Positions 19,674 to 32,658 of a DNA stretch of 64,000 nt are shown in pieces. The position numbers and the translations under genes were made by a program. The notes beneath the pieces are model-generated. The model saw nothing but the letters and a program-made list of their open reading frames with translations. It made no database searches and was not told where the DNA came from. Source of the DNA: an uncultured Acidimicrobiia bacterium (GTDB lineage: Bacteria; Actinomycetota; Acidimicrobiia; Spongiisociales; UBA5794); NCBI GenBank assembly GCA_963834375.1, contig CAWIBM010000002.1, positions 972,919-1,036,918 of the forward strand. The letters run 5' to 3'. Position 1 is the stretch's first letter. Each line of letters opens with the position of its first letter.

Positions 19674-20380
19674 CGGTGGCCAACCGCGTCGTCCTCAAGG
19701 TGTCCGGCGAGGCGTTCGCCGACCCGACCCTGAACTACGGCATCGATCCGGCGATGGTCGACAGCGTCGCCAAGGAGATCGCCACGGTCCACGCCGAGGG
19801 CCATCAGGTGGCCGTCGTGGTCGGCGGCGGCAACATCTTCCGGGGGCTCAGCTCGGCGGCCCAGGGCATGGACCGCGCCAACGCCGACTACATGGGGATG
19901 CTGGCCACGGTGATCAACGCCCTGGCTCTCCGTGACGGCATCGAGCGCGCCGGCGCCGACTGCCGGGTTCAGACGGCGATCTCCATCCAGCAGGTGGCCG
20001 AGCCGTACATCCGGCTGCGGGCCGTCCGCCACCTCGAAAAGGGCCGCATCGTGGTGCTGGCCGGCGGGACCGGCAACCCGTTCTTCACCACCGACACCAC
20101 CGCCGCCCTGCGCGCCGCCGAGATGGGCGCCGACGCCGTCCTCAAGGGGACGAGGGTGGATGGCGTCTACGACGCCGACCCTCGCATCAATCCCGATGCC
20201 AAGCTGCTCACCGACGTCACCTATCTCCAGGTCATCTCGGAGAGACTCCAGGTGATGGACTCGACCGCCATTACGATGTGCATGGACAACGACCTCCCCA
20301 TCCGGGTGTTCAACATGACCGAGCCCGGGAACATCGCCCGAGCGGTGCGGGGCGAGGCGGTGGGGACGCTCGTCCACTGA
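19670..20380 (+). CDS. pyrH: UMP kinase
   Basis: '[11 protein letters not shown]...[11 protein letters not shown]...[12 protein letters not shown]'. Confidence 0.93.
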   Translation: MTVANRVVLKVSGEAFADPTLNYGIDPAMVDSVAKEIATVHAEGHQVAVVVGGGNIFRGLSSAAQGMDRANADYMGMLATVINALALRDGIERAGADCRVQTAISIQQVAEPYIRLRAVRHLEKGRIVVLAGGTGNPFFTTDTTAALRAAEMGADAVLKGTRVDGVYDADPRINPDAKLLTDVTYLQVISERLQVMDSTAITMCMDNDLPIRVFNMTEPGNIARAVRGEAVGTLVH

Positions 20381-20418
20381 CGAACGTCCTCTTCGGCCGG
20401 CGACCACGGAGGTGGCGG

Positions 20419-20970
20419 GTGCTCGAGGAGCTCCTCGACGAAGCGATGACGAAGATGGACCAGGCGATCGCCCACACCGGCGGCGAGTTCGGCACGGTGC
20501 GCACCGGCCGGGCCAACCCTGGCCTCCTCCACCGGATACAGGTCGACTACTACGGCGCGCTCACCCCGCTGCAACAGCTCGCCGGTTTCAGCGTCCCCGA
20601 GGCGCGGATGTTGATCGTCTCGCCGTACGACAAGTCGTCGATCGTCGCCATCGAGCGGGCGATCCGCGAATCGGACCTCGGGCTCAACCCGTCCAACGAC
20701 GGCAACGTGATCCGGCTCGCCTTCCCTGCCCTGACCGAAGAGCGGCGCAAGGAGCTGATCCGGGTGGTTCGCCACCTCGCCGAGGAGGGGAGGGTGGCGG
20801 TCCGGAACGTCCGCCGCCACACGAAGGACGACCTGGAGGCATTGGAAGGAGACGTCTCGGACGACGACATCCGTCGCGCCGAGAAGGAGCTCCAGGAGAT
20901 GACCGATGCCCACGTCAAACGCGTCGACGAGCTCCTCCTCCACAAGGAGGAGGAGCTGATGGAGGTGTGA
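20419..20970 (+). CDS. frr: Ribosome recycling factor
   Basis: 'FGTVRTGRANPGLLHRIQVDYYGALTPLQQLAGFSVPEARMLIVSPYDKS'. The start codon is approximate. Confidence 0.88.
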   Translation: MLEELLDEAMTKMDQAIAHTGGEFGTVRTGRANPGLLHRIQVDYYGALTPLQQLAGFSVPEARMLIVSPYDKSSIVAIERAIRESDLGLNPSNDGNVIRLAFPALTEERRKELIRVVRHLAEEGRVAVRNVRRHTKDDLEALEGDVSDDDIRRAEKELQEMTDAHVKRVDELLLHKEEELMEV

Positions 20971-20976
20971 GCTGAC

Positions 20977-22803
20977 GTGACCGGCGACCCCCCCGTCGGC
21001 AAGGGTCCTGACCCAACGGACCCGGACGATCTCGGGCCGGTGTCCGGTGACGCGATCGACGCGGTGTTCGAGGTGGAGCACCACGGCGAGGACCCGGAAG
21101 CCGAGCCGCTCGATGACCACATGGAAGGCCCCGAGTCCGCAGCTCCCGGCGAGCACGCCGAGTTCACCGTCGATCCCCAGACGGGGGAGTCACCGCCGCC
21201 GGATTCGCCCGACGCCGTAGCGGACGACGATGACGAAGAGGAGTGGCCGTGGGGTGATCCGGGACCGGCGGCGGTGGCCTCGGCCGGCGAGGCACCGGCC
21301 GGCGACGCCCCGGCGGGTGAGCCCGCCGCGACGCACGACTCCCCCGACGATGGCGATCCGGCTGAGGAGGCGTCCACTGTCGGCGGGCCCTCCCCGTCGG
21401 CCGAGCCCGATAGCCCCCCGGACGAGGGCGGGACGTCGGTCGAACCCGGTCCGGACCTCGGTCTCGGCGCCGTCGCCGTGCCCGCCGGAACCGGAGACGA
21501 CACACCTGCGTCGGGTTCCCCCGACTGGGATCCCCCGCCGAGCACCGACTCCATGTTCGCCGCCGAGGAGCTCACCGCCGGCGCCGCTGCTCGAGGAGAG
21601 GACGATGCCGACGACGACGACCTCCTGGCGGTCGGCGACGTCCCGCCCGTCGACGCGCTGGGTGCCGCCGTCGCCGGCAGCGATCTCGGTGACCCTCTCG
21701 ACGACTGGCAGACGGCGCCAGCGGGCGAAGAGGCTGTTTCGGACGTGACCGCGCCAACCCCGGAGGACGAGCCCGCCGACTGGGCGACGTTCACCGACGA
21801 GCACTACATCCGGGTGTCGCAACCGGACTACCTGGAGCTCGCCGACCTCGGCCTCAACGAGCCCGACGCCGCTCCCAGCGCCGTCGCCGCCAACATCCCG
21901 GGTCTCGACTCCGGCGTGGTCGGGCTCGAGGACGTGGTCGACGAGCCGCCACCGGCGACGACTCCCGCCGCCCCGGCGCCCCCGCCCGCCGCCCCGGCTT
22001 CCCGCTCCGCCACCGACTTCGGGCTCCGGGCCATCACCGCACTGGGCCTGCTGGTCCTGTTCGCCGCCGCTCTGGTCCACCCGTTGGGCCTCACCGTGAT
22101 CGTCGTCCTCCTGTTCGCCTTGGCGGCCGGGGAGTTCTACGCGGTGCTGGTGCGCACCGGGCAGCACCCGCTGTCCCTGTTCGGGCTGCTCGGGGCCGCC
22201 GGTGGGCTGATCGGCGCCGCCGTTTGGGGGTTGGGCGCCGTCCCGGTCGCCATCATCGCCACCCTGGTGGCCGTGGCGCTCTATTACGCCCTCACCTCGT
22301 CACATTCCGACCCGCTCACCGACGGTGGCCTCACCATCATGGTGGTGGCCTGGGCCATGCTCGCGGCGTTCGTCTTCCCCATCGTCGACTCGCCCGAGTA
22401 CCGCTGGTGGGTCGCCGCCGTGGTCATCGTGGTGGTGTCGATGGACGTCGGGCAGTACTTCGTCGGGCGGAGCATGGGATCGCGACCACTCGCCCCGATG
22501 GTGTCACCGAAGAAGACGGTCGAAGGGCTCCTCGGTGGCGTCGCCGTCGCCGTGATCGCCGCCATCGTGCTCAGCTTTCTCGGTCCGCTCACCCTGCCCA
22601 GCATGCTCGCCCTGGCGGGAGCGACCGTCGTCCTGGCGCCGCTGGGTGACCTCAGCGTCTCGCTGGTGAAGCGCATCATCGGGGTCAAGGACATGGGCAC
22701 CATCCTCCCCGGCCACGGCGGCATCCTCGACCGGGTCGACGGCCTGCTGTTCGTGATACCGGCGGCATGGGTGATCTTCGATGCGATGGGGTTGCTCACC
22801 TGA
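20977..22803 (+). CDS. cdsA: Phosphatidate cytidylyltransferase with ~330-aa acidic, proline-rich disordered N-terminal extension
   Basis: Intact 608 aa. The C-terminal 270 aa is a polytopic CdsA core ('SPKKTVEGLLGG...GDLSVSLVKRIIGVKDMGTILPGHGGILDRVDGLLFV'). The N-terminal 330 aa is D/E/P/A-rich. Confidence 0.85.
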   Translation: MTGDPPVGKGPDPTDPDDLGPVSGDAIDAVFEVEHHGEDPEAEPLDDHMEGPESAAPGEHAEFTVDPQTGESPPPDSPDAVADDDDEEEWPWGDPGPAAVASAGEAPAGDAPAGEPAATHDSPDDGDPAEEASTVGGPSPSAEPDSPPDEGGTSVEPGPDLGLGAVAVPAGTGDDTPASGSPDWDPPPSTDSMFAAEELTAGAAARGEDDADDDDLLAVGDVPPVDALGAAVAGSDLGDPLDDWQTAPAGEEAVSDVTAPTPEDEPADWATFTDEHYIRVSQPDYLELADLGLNEPDAAPSAVAANIPGLDSGVVGLEDVVDEPPPATTPAAPAPPPAAPASRSATDFGLRAITALGLLVLFAAALVHPLGLTVIVVLLFALAAGEFYAVLVRTGQHPLSLFGLLGAAGGLIGAAVWGLGAVPVAIIATLVAVALYYALTSSHSDPLTDGGLTIMVVAWAMLAAFVFPIVDSPEYRWWVAAVVIVVVSMDVGQYFVGRSMGSRPLAPMVSPKKTVEGLLGGVAVAVIAAIVLSFLGPLTLPSMLALAGATVVLAPLGDLSVSLVKRIIGVKDMGTILPGHGGILDRVDGLLFVIPAAWVIFDAMGLLT

Positions 22804-23945
22804 CCGGGCCGGCCGCCCCGGTGGTGGTGCTGGGCGCCACCGGATCCATCGGCACCCAGACGCTCGAGGTTGCCGACCGGCTCGGATTCGACGTGGTCGC
22901 CATCGCCGCCCGCCGGCTCTCTCCGCGGTTGGCTGACATCGCCTTCCGCCATCCCGACGCCGCCGTCGCCGTCGTCGACCCTCCCGACCCGGGCGCCGGT
23001 GTCCTCACCGAATCCCTGGGGCGGCGCCTTGACGTCGGCGCGGACGCAGTTGCAGGGCTGGCGGCGACGAGGGGTGCGGTGGTGGTCAACGGGATCGTGG
23101 GCGGTGCCGGGCTGGCGCCCTCCGTCGCCGCCCTGGCCGCCGGCAACCGGCTCGCCCTCGCCAACAAGGAGACGCTCGTCGCCGGCGGCGATCTGGTTCT
23201 CGCCGCCGCCAGGGCAGGCGGCGGGGAGATCGTCCCGGTCGACTCCGAGCACTCGGCGATATGGCAGTGCCTCACCGGCGAGGACACGGCGGCGGTCGCT
23301 CGCCTGGTCCTCACCGCCTCGGGTGGCCCGCTCCGCGGCCGGACCGCCGCCGAGATGGGATCGGTGACCGTCGACGAAGCGCTCGCCCACCCGACCTGGG
23401 ACATGGGTCCCCGGATCACCATCGATTCGGCCACGATGATGAACAAGGCCCTCGAGCTGATCGAGGCGCATCATCTGTTCGGCGTCGGCTACGACGCCAT
23501 CGACGTCGTGGTGCACCCACAGAGCGTCGTCCACTCGATGGTCGAGTTCGTCGACGGCAGCATGAAGGCACAACTGGGCGAACCGGACATGAAGGTCCCG
23601 ATCCAGTACGCCCTGACCGGACCGGAACGCTGCCAGGGCGTGGTTGCTCCGCTGGACCTGAGCGGACGTTCCCTCACGTTCGAGGCACCCGATCGCGACG
23701 CCTTTCCCTGCCTCGACCTCGGTTACGCCGCCGGGCGCCAGGGGGGGATCGCCCCGGCGGTCCTCAACGCCGCCGACGAGGTGGCGGTGGCCGCGTTCCT
23801 GGACGGGCGGATCGGGTTCACCGCCATCGGCGGAGTCGTCGAGGGGACGCTCGCCTCGGTGGCGCACCGGGTGCCGGAATCGGTCGAGGACGTGCTCGCC
23901 GCCGACGCCGAGGCCCGCCGCGTCGCCACCGCCACCATCGGATAG
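22767..23945 (+). CDS. dxr: 1-deoxy-D-xylulose 5-phosphate reductoisomerase
   Basis: 'VVVLGATGSIGTQTL', 'LANKETLVAGG', 'VPVDSEHSAIWQCL', 'THPTWDMGPRITIDSATMMNKALE'. An alternative GTG start at 22821 avoids the overlap with cdsA. Confidence 0.9.
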   Translation: MGDLRCDGVAHLTGPAAPVVVLGATGSIGTQTLEVADRLGFDVVAIAARRLSPRLADIAFRHPDAAVAVVDPPDPGAGVLTESLGRRLDVGADAVAGLAATRGAVVVNGIVGGAGLAPSVAALAAGNRLALANKETLVAGGDLVLAAARAGGGEIVPVDSEHSAIWQCLTGEDTAAVARLVLTASGGPLRGRTAAEMGSVTVDEALAHPTWDMGPRITIDSATMMNKALELIEAHHLFGVGYDAIDVVVHPQSVVHSMVEFVDGSMKAQLGEPDMKVPIQYALTGPERCQGVVAPLDLSGRSLTFEAPDRDAFPCLDLGYAAGRQGGIAPAVLNAADEVAVAAFLDGRIGFTAIGGVVEGTLASVAHRVPESVEDVLAADAEARRVATATIG

Positions 23946-23999
23946 AACCGCCGAGCGAGTACCGTTCCCCCTGTCCCTTCCTCCGGAGAGAGTCAGGCA

Positions 24000-25262
24000 A
24001 TGGGCCCAGCGGTAATGATCATCGGGATCGTCCTGATGATCGTCATCCACGAAGGTTCGCACTTCGTCGCCGCCAAGTACTTCGGGATGAAGGCCACCGA
24101 GGCGTTCTTTGGCTTCGGGCCCCGCCTGTGGTCCACCACCAGGGGCGAGACCGAGTACGGCGTGAAGGCGGTCCCCCTCGGCGGCTACGTGCGCATCATC
24201 GGGATGAACCCGCTCGAGGATGTCGATGCCGAGGACGAGGGCCGCACCTATCGCGGCAAGCCCTTCTGGCAGAAGTCGATCGTCGTCCTGGCCGGCATCG
24301 CCAGCCACTTCATCGTCGCCTTCCTCCTGTTCTACGGCCTCTCGGTCGGGTACGGGCGCACCGAGCCGACCACGACGATCGGCGCCGTCAGTGTCCACCA
24401 CGTGATCGCCGACCTCGGGTCCGAAGCGGTGCCGCTGGACCTCGAGGAGAGTGACGAGGTGGTCTCGGTCGACGGGGTGCCGTTCGACACGCTCGATCCG
24501 GCCGCCGAGCCCGGCACCGCCCATCAGGTCGTCGTAATGCGCGACGGCCTCCCGGTGACGTTGACGACGACCGACGCCGTGGTGCCCGCTCCGGCGTCGC
24601 TCGTCGGCATCGAGACCGGAGACCGCCTGGTGGCGATCGACGGTGTCGCCCTCGACGAGTGGGACCAGTTCGTCGAGCTGGTCCACGACCGTCCCGGTGA
24701 AGAGGTGGTGATCGGGCTGGAGCGCGACGGCGAACGCCTCGACCTGGTGACGACGCTGGCGGTGGCCACCGACACCGGCGCCGAGACCGGCTTCCTCGGG
24801 GTCGGCCCCGAGCCGGTGGCGGTGCGCTCCGGTCCCATTTCCGGGCTGGCCGTGGCCGCCTCCGATCTCGGCACGGCGACCACGGAGAGCGTCAAGGGCC
24901 TCGGTGGCCTGGTCACCAACTTCGGCTCGATCCTGGGGGCGACGGTCAACGACAACCCCGAGGTCCTGGACACGGTGCGCCCGGTCAGCCCGATCGGCCT
25001 CACCAGGGTGGCCAGCTCGGTGGAGATCGCCCTGCTGCTGCTCGCCTGGGTGAACGTGTTCGTCGGCGTGCTCAACATCGTGCCGCTGTACCCGCTCGAC
25101 GGCGGCCACTTCGCCGTCGCCCTCTACGAGAAGGTACGGGGCCGGCCCGCCGACGTGCGCAAGCTGCTCCCGGTGGCGGCGGCGGTGTTCGCCTTCATCG
25201 TGCTGCTCGGGATCCTCGGGTTCTACTTCGACATCGTGAGCCCCATCGAGCTCCCCGGCTGA
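24000..25262 (+). CDS. rseP: Site-2 protease (RseP/Rip1-type membrane zinc metalloprotease with PDZ)
   Basis: Intact: 'HEGSHFVAAKYFGM' (HExxH) and the C-terminal 'NIVPLYPLDGGH'. Confidence 0.88.
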   Translation: MGPAVMIIGIVLMIVIHEGSHFVAAKYFGMKATEAFFGFGPRLWSTTRGETEYGVKAVPLGGYVRIIGMNPLEDVDAEDEGRTYRGKPFWQKSIVVLAGIASHFIVAFLLFYGLSVGYGRTEPTTTIGAVSVHHVIADLGSEAVPLDLEESDEVVSVDGVPFDTLDPAAEPGTAHQVVVMRDGLPVTLTTTDAVVPAPASLVGIETGDRLVAIDGVALDEWDQFVELVHDRPGEEVVIGLERDGERLDLVTTLAVATDTGAETGFLGVGPEPVAVRSGPISGLAVAASDLGTATTESVKGLGGLVTNFGSILGATVNDNPEVLDTVRPVSPIGLTRVASSVEIALLLLAWVNVFVGVLNIVPLYPLDGGHFAVALYEKVRGRPADVRKLLPVAAAVFAFIVLLGILGFYFDIVSPIELPG

Positions 25263-25383
25263 TCGCCGACCCCGGCAACCCCCTCCTCGTCTGCCGTGCA
25301 GGCCTTCGGCCGTGTCGCAGCCACTCCTCCCCCGTGGGGGGAGGAGAAACAAGACATCGGAGGGCCGTACCATTGACCCTGTC

Positions 25384-26593
25384 ATGACGATCACCCGCCG
25401 CGCCTCACGCCAGCTCCATGTCGGCGATGTCGCCGTCGGGGGAGGCGCCCCGGTCTCGGTGCAGTCGATGACCACCACCAAGACCGCCGACGTCGACGGG
25501 ACGCTGGCCCAGGTCTACGCCCTCAAGGGAGCCGGTGCCGACATCGTTCGCATCACCTGCAACGATGTCGATGCCGCCCAAGGGCTCGCCGAGATCGTGC
25601 CCAGGGCGCCGGTGCCCATCATCGCCGACATCCACTTCCAGTACCGGCTGGCGCTGGCGGCGCTCGAGGCCGGGGTCGCCGGGTTGCGACTCAACCCCGG
25701 CAACATCCGCAAACCGGAGCACATCAAGGCGGTGGCGACGGCGGCGCTCGACGCCGGGGTGCCGATCCGGGTGGGGGTGAACGCCGGGTCGCTCGACAAG
25801 GACCTCCTCGACAAATACGGGGCGCCGGTGCCACAAGCACTGGTCGACTCGGCGGTCCACGAGATCCGACTGCTCGAAGAGGTCGGCTTCCACGACATAA
25901 AGATCTCGGTGAAGCACAGCAACGTCCCTTCGATGGTCGAGTCGTACCGCCTGCTGGCGCAGACCGTCGAGTACCCGCTGCATCTCGGGGTCACCGAGGC
26001 CGGCCCGCCGCCCGGGGGCCTGATCAAGTCGGTGGCGGGCATCGCCACCCTGCTCGCTCGAGGGGATCGGCGACACCATTCGGTTCTCGCTCACCGCCGA
26101 CCCGGTCGAGGAGGCCAAGGCCGGTCGGGGGCTGCTCGAATACCTCGGGCTGCGGGAGCGCAGGGGCCTCGACCTCATCGCCTGCCCATCCTGCGGCCGG
26201 GCCGAGGTCGACGTGATCGCCGTCGCCTCTGCCGCCCAGAAGGCGCTGGAGGCCGAGAAGCTGCCCATCCAGGTGGCGGTGATGGGGTGCGTGGTCAACG
26301 GGCCGGGAGAGGCCAGGGAGGCCGACCTGGGCATCGCTGCAGGGAAGGGGAGAGGCCACCTGTTCATCAAGGGCCAGGTGGTTCGGGTGGTGCCCGAGGC
26401 GGACATGGTCGACGCCCTCGTCGACGAGGCGCGCCGGCTGGCAGAGGAAGGGGTGGAGGCACGGCTCGCCGCCGCCGATGCCTCGGCTGCCGACATGGCC
26501 GAGGAGACCGCCCTCGAGCTCCGTACGTCACAAGGTGACGTCAACCACACCGCCGACCGCCGCGCCGCCGTCGCCCGCGTCGCCGAGGAGTAG
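25384..26593 (+). CDS. ispG: 4-hydroxy-3-methylbut-2-enyl diphosphate synthase IspG, one apparent frameshift
   Basis: '[21 protein letters not shown]...', '[12 protein letters not shown]', '[22 protein letters not shown]'. The frame break is near 26060. Confidence 0.85.
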
Positions 26594-26666
26594 CCCGGCT
26601 CCCGGCTGGCCTGTCGATGCCGGCGTCCCGGTATCCTCCGTCACCGCTTCCCCCAGGAGCCCGACG

Positions 26667-28377
<1,711 letters not shown>

Positions 28378-28587
28378 CGTCCCGCAGCGGCTCGGAGCTG
28401 CCGAACCGCCGAAGTGGCGTCCACCACCCGGATTTCACTGTCCCTGGGCCGTTCGGCCCAACCGGACCGGCTGGTATACTCGCCTTCAACTGAGATCGCC
28501 GCGTCGAGGTGGGCCCGGGGCCCACCTCGTTTGGTGATACGGGCCGGTCGCGGCCCGGGATCGAAGGGACCGAGGACAGGAGCGAGC

Positions 28588-29090
28588 AGACCATGACCGC
28601 CGAACCGGCACAGCGCATGTGGGGCGTCATCGAGCCCTACCTGGCTGCCGAGGGGATCGAGCTCGACGACCTCGAGATCGTGGGCGGCAGCGGTGCCTCC
28701 CTGGTCCGGGTGGTGGTCGACGCCCCCGAGCCGATCGACGTCGACACCCTCGCCCGGCTGTCCCGTGGGGTGTCCCGTCTGCTCGACGACGACGGCGAGG
28801 GCGGCCCGGTGGCCGGTTCGTACACGTTGGAGGTCACCTCTCCCGGCCTGGAGCGGGCCTTGCGGCGGCCGCGGCACTTCGAGAAGGCGGTAGGCCGTGA
28901 AGTGCGGGTGAAGACGAAACGACCGGTGGGCGACTCGAACCATCTGCGCGGCCTCCTCGCCGAGGTGGGTGCCGATGAGCTCACCGTGGAAACGGACGGG
29001 GGGCAGGTCACGGTGCCCTTCGACGAGGTGGCGACGGCCCGGACCGTGTTCACTTGGGAAACGGCTCCGAAGCCGGGCGGACGCCGGTAG
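28588..29090 (+). CDS. rimP: Ribosome maturation factor RimP
   Basis: 'IEPYLAAEGIELDDLEIVGGSGASLVRVVVDAPEPIDVDTLARLSRGVSRLLD'. Confidence 0.88.
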
Positions 29091-29102
29091 AGAGGATCAG
29101 CG

Positions 29103-30500
29103 ATGGACTACAACCTGCTCGATGCCCTCGAGCTCCTCGAGCGAGAGAAGGGCGTGCCCGCCGACGTGATCCTCGACGCCCTGGCCAACGCCCTGGTGTC
29201 CGCCTACAAGCGCACCCCGGGCGCCGCCGAAGAAGCGCGGGTGACCATCGACGCCGACACCACCGAGATCATCGTCTACGGCCAGGATCTCGACGAGGAC
29301 GGCAACGTGGTGCGGGAGTGGGAGGACACCCCGGACGACTTCGGCCGCATCGCCGCCCAGACCGCCAAGCAGGTGATCCTGCAGCGGCTGCGCGACGCCA
29401 AGCGCGAGCAGGTCTTCGAGCTGTACGAGGGCCGCGAGGGAGACCTGGTGACCGGCATCGTCCAGCAGTCCGACCACCGGTACGCCATCCTCGACCTGGG
29501 CAACGCGGAGGCGATCATGCCCGCCTCCGAGCGGATCCCCTACGAGAAGCTGGAGCGCGGCAACCGGGTGAAGGCATACATCCTCGAGGTCCGCGGCGAA
29601 GGCAAGGGTCCGCAGATCGTGATCAGTCGAAGTCACCCGGAGTTCATCAGGTCGCTGTTCGAGCTCGAGGTGCCGGAGCTCGTCGACGGCGACGTCGAGA
29701 TCAAGGCGATCGCCCGTGAGGCGGGCCATCGCACCAAGATCGCCGTGCTGTCCAACGATCCCAACGTCGATCCCGTAGGGGCCTGTGTCGGCGCCCGTGG
29801 CTCCAGGGTCCGCCAGGTGGTCAACGAGCTGAGGGGCGAGAAGGTCGACATCGTCGAGTGGCGCCCCGAGGCGGCTTCCTTCCTGGCCGAGGCGCTGTCC
29901 CCGGCTCGGGTCAAGGAGGTGCGTCTCGACGACGAGAACCGGGTCGCCACCGTGATCGTTCCCGACCACCAGCTGTCGCTGGCCATCGGCAAGGAGGGAC
30001 AGAACGCCCGTCTCGCCGCCCGGCTGACCGGTTACAAGGTCGACATCCGCTCCGAGAGCCAGGACCTGGGCCTCGATGTGGAAGAGGCCGCTGTCGCGCC
30101 GGCGACAGCCGCCACCGACGAGGGGGCGATGTCACCGCAGGCGGCGAAGAGGGCGACGACAGCGCCGTCGCGGATGACGCGGTGGTCGCGGATGACAGCG
30201 CCGTCGCGGATGACGCGGTGGTCGCGGATGACAGTGCCGTCGCCGATGACAGTGCCGTCGCGGATGACGTGGTGGTCGCGGATGACAGCGCCGTCGCCGA
30301 TGACAGTGGTCGGTCGCGGATGACAGTGCCGTCGCCGATGACAGTGCCGTCGCGGATGACGTGGTCGGATGCGCCGTCGCGGATGACGCGGTGGTCGCGG
30401 ATGAAGCGGTGGTCGCCGATGAAGCGGTGGTCGCCGATGAGACCGGCGACGACGACGCCGCAAACGACGAGGTCGACGAGGATCAGCCCGCCGGCGCCTG
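29103..30500 (+). CDS. nusA: Transcription termination/antitermination factor NusA with C-terminal acidic tandem-repeat tail (frameshift near 30115)
   Basis: The N-terminal, S1 and KH domains are intact ('[20 protein letters not shown]...'). After a G5 run at ~30118 the sensible frame becomes '(A/S)(V/A)VADD' x~12 and ends '...[28 protein letters not shown]'. Confidence 0.85.
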
Positions 30501-30552
30501 ACGGCCCGGTGGCACAATGCTCCCGTCCGGGGGCTCTAATCGGAGGTGACGG

Positions 30553-32652
30553 TTGGCGAAGCTACGGGTGTACGAGCTGGCACGAGAGCTTGGACACGAC
30601 TCCAAGGATGTGCTGGCGCGTGTCCACGAGCTCGGCATAGAGGCCAAGACCGCCTCGTCCGGTCTCGACGACGATGCCGTCGCCCTCGTCCGCCTGGCGT
30701 ACGAGGACGCCTCGGCAGGCGCCGTCGCCGGCGAGCCGGCGGCCGGCGACGAAGTGCCGATCGCCACCAGAGACGAGGACACCGAGACCGACACCGAGCC
30801 GGAGCCCGAGTCCGAGCCCGAGCCGGGACCCGAGCCCGAATCGAGACCCGAGCCGGAGCCCGAGTCCGAGGCAGAGGAGGACACCCTCATCTCCGTCAAG
30901 GAGGGCGTCACCGCCGCCGAGTTCGCCCGACAGATCGGGGAACGAACCGGTGAGGTCGTGAAGGCCCTGATGATGATGGGCGAGATGGTCCCGGGGGGTG
31001 GTGCCATCCCGGTGACGGCGCTCGAGCCCCTGGGGGCCCGCTTCGGGTACCAGGTGCTCGTCGACGAGGCGGAGCCTGTCGAGGCGGAGCCCGTCCGCGG
31101 CCCGCACCGCGTCGAGTTCGAGGACGACCCTGCCAGCCTGCGGCCGAGGCCGCCGGTGGTCACCGTGATGGGCCACGTCGACCACGGCAAGACCAGGCTG
31201 CTCGACACCATCCGCACCACCAACGTGGTCGCCGGGGAGGCAGGGGGCATCACCCAGCACATCGGCGCCTACCAGGTGAAGGCCGGCGACGGCCAGACGA
31301 TCACCTTCATCGACACGCCCGGGCACGAGGCGTTCACCGCGCTGCGCGCCCGCGGGGCCAACGTCACCGACATCGTCATCCTCGTCGTCGCCGCCGACGA
31401 CGGGGTCAAGCCGCAGACCGTCGAGGCCATCGACCACGCCAAGGCGGCAGGGGTTCCCATCATCGTGGCCATCAACAAGATCGACCTGCCCGCCGCCGAC
31501 CCGAACTCGGTCAGGGCCGAGCTCACCCAGCACGGCATCGTCGTCGAGGACCTCGGCGGCGACGTCGTGTCGGCCGAGGTGTCGGCGCTCGACGGGCTCG
31601 GGGTCGACGAGCTGCTCGAGATGGTGGCGCTGGTCGCCGAGGTCGGCGAGTTGCAGGCCAACCCTTCGGCACCCGCCGTCGGCACCGTCATCGAGAGCCA
31701 GCTCGAGGTCGGCAGAGGCCCTGTCGCCACCGTCATCGTCCAGCGGGGAACCCTGAAGCCGGGTGACGCCCTGGTCGCCGGGTCGGTCGCCGGGCGGGTG
31801 CGGGCGCTCTTCGACGAGAACGGCGTGAGGCTCATCAACGCCGGCCCGAGCACCCCGGCGGTCGTCATGGGGTGGGACGAGGTCCCCGCCGCCGGCGACA
31901 TGTTCGAGGTGGTGAAGAACGAGCGCTCCGCCCGCAAGCTGGCCGAGGCCAAGGTGGGTGAGCAACGCAGCCATGACCTGATCGTCCCCACGGCCACCGA
32001 GCGGCTGGGACAGCTCCTCGAGCAGCTGCGCACCCGCGACGACGCCGAGCTGCGCATCGTGGTGAAGGCCGACGCCCACGGATCGCTGGAGGCGATCCGT
32101 GACGCCGTGGCGAAGATCAAGCGAGAAGACGCCGCCGTCCACATCATCCACGCCGGGGTCGGGGGCATCACCGAGAACGACGTCAGCCTCGCCGAGGCGT
32201 CGGAGGCGATCGTCTACGGGTTCAACACCCGCCCGGATGCCGGCGCCCGCACCGCGGCCAAGGATCGCGCCATCGACATCCGCACCTTCCTGATCATCTA
32301 CGAGCTGTTGGAGGACATCGAGTCGCTCCTGGTCGGCGAACTGGCCCCGGAGGAGGTCGAGACCTTCCTCGGCTCGGCCGAAGTCCGGGCGACGTTCCGC
32401 TCGCCGCGGTTCGGCACCATCGCCGGGTCGTACGTGACCGACGGTGACATCAACCGCAACGCAAGGGCCCGGCTGGTCCGCGACGGAGTGGTGGTGTACG
32501 ACGGGCGGATCGCCTCGCTCCGTCGCTTCAAGGACGACGTGGCGAGCGTGAGCTCCGGCTTCGAGTGCGGCATCGGTCTGGAGAACTTCCGTGACATCAA
32601 GGAAGGCGACTTCATCGAGTCGTACGAGATCAGGCAAGTCGCCCGTACCTGA
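30553..32652 (+). CDS. infB: Translation initiation factor IF-2
   Basis: Intact 699 aa: '[18 protein letters not shown]'. The N-terminus has EPEPES low-complexity. Confidence 0.93.
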   Translation: MAKLRVYELARELGHDSKDVLARVHELGIEAKTASSGLDDDAVALVRLAYEDASAGAVAGEPAAGDEVPIATRDEDTETDTEPEPESEPEPGPEPESRPEPEPESEAEEDTLISVKEGVTAAEFARQIGERTGEVVKALMMMGEMVPGGGAIPVTALEPLGARFGYQVLVDEAEPVEAEPVRGPHRVEFEDDPASLRPRPPVVTVMGHVDHGKTRLLDTIRTTNVVAGEAGGITQHIGAYQVKAGDGQTITFIDTPGHEAFTALRARGANVTDIVILVVAADDGVKPQTVEAIDHAKAAGVPIIVAINKIDLPAADPNSVRAELTQHGIVVEDLGGDVVSAEVSALDGLGVDELLEMVALVAEVGELQANPSAPAVGTVIESQLEVGRGPVATVIVQRGTLKPGDALVAGSVAGRVRALFDENGVRLINAGPSTPAVVMGWDEVPAAGDMFEVVKNERSARKLAEAKVGEQRSHDLIVPTATERLGQLLEQLRTRDDAELRIVVKADAHGSLEAIRDAVAKIKREDAAVHIIHAGVGGITENDVSLAEASEAIVYGFNTRPDAGARTAAKDRAIDIRTFLIIYELLEDIESLLVGELAPEEVETFLGSAEVRATFRSPRFGTIAGSYVTDGDINRNARARLVRDGVVVYDGRIASLRRFKDDVASVSSGFECGIGLENFRDIKEGDFIESYEIRQVART

Positions 32653-32658
32653 TCGCCC

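Noticed and set aside
30130-30500. Possible CRISPR-like array from the regular 15-18 bp repeats
   Set aside because: There are no unique spacers and the period is too short. The repeats encode an in-frame acidic hexapeptide array at the NusA C-terminus.
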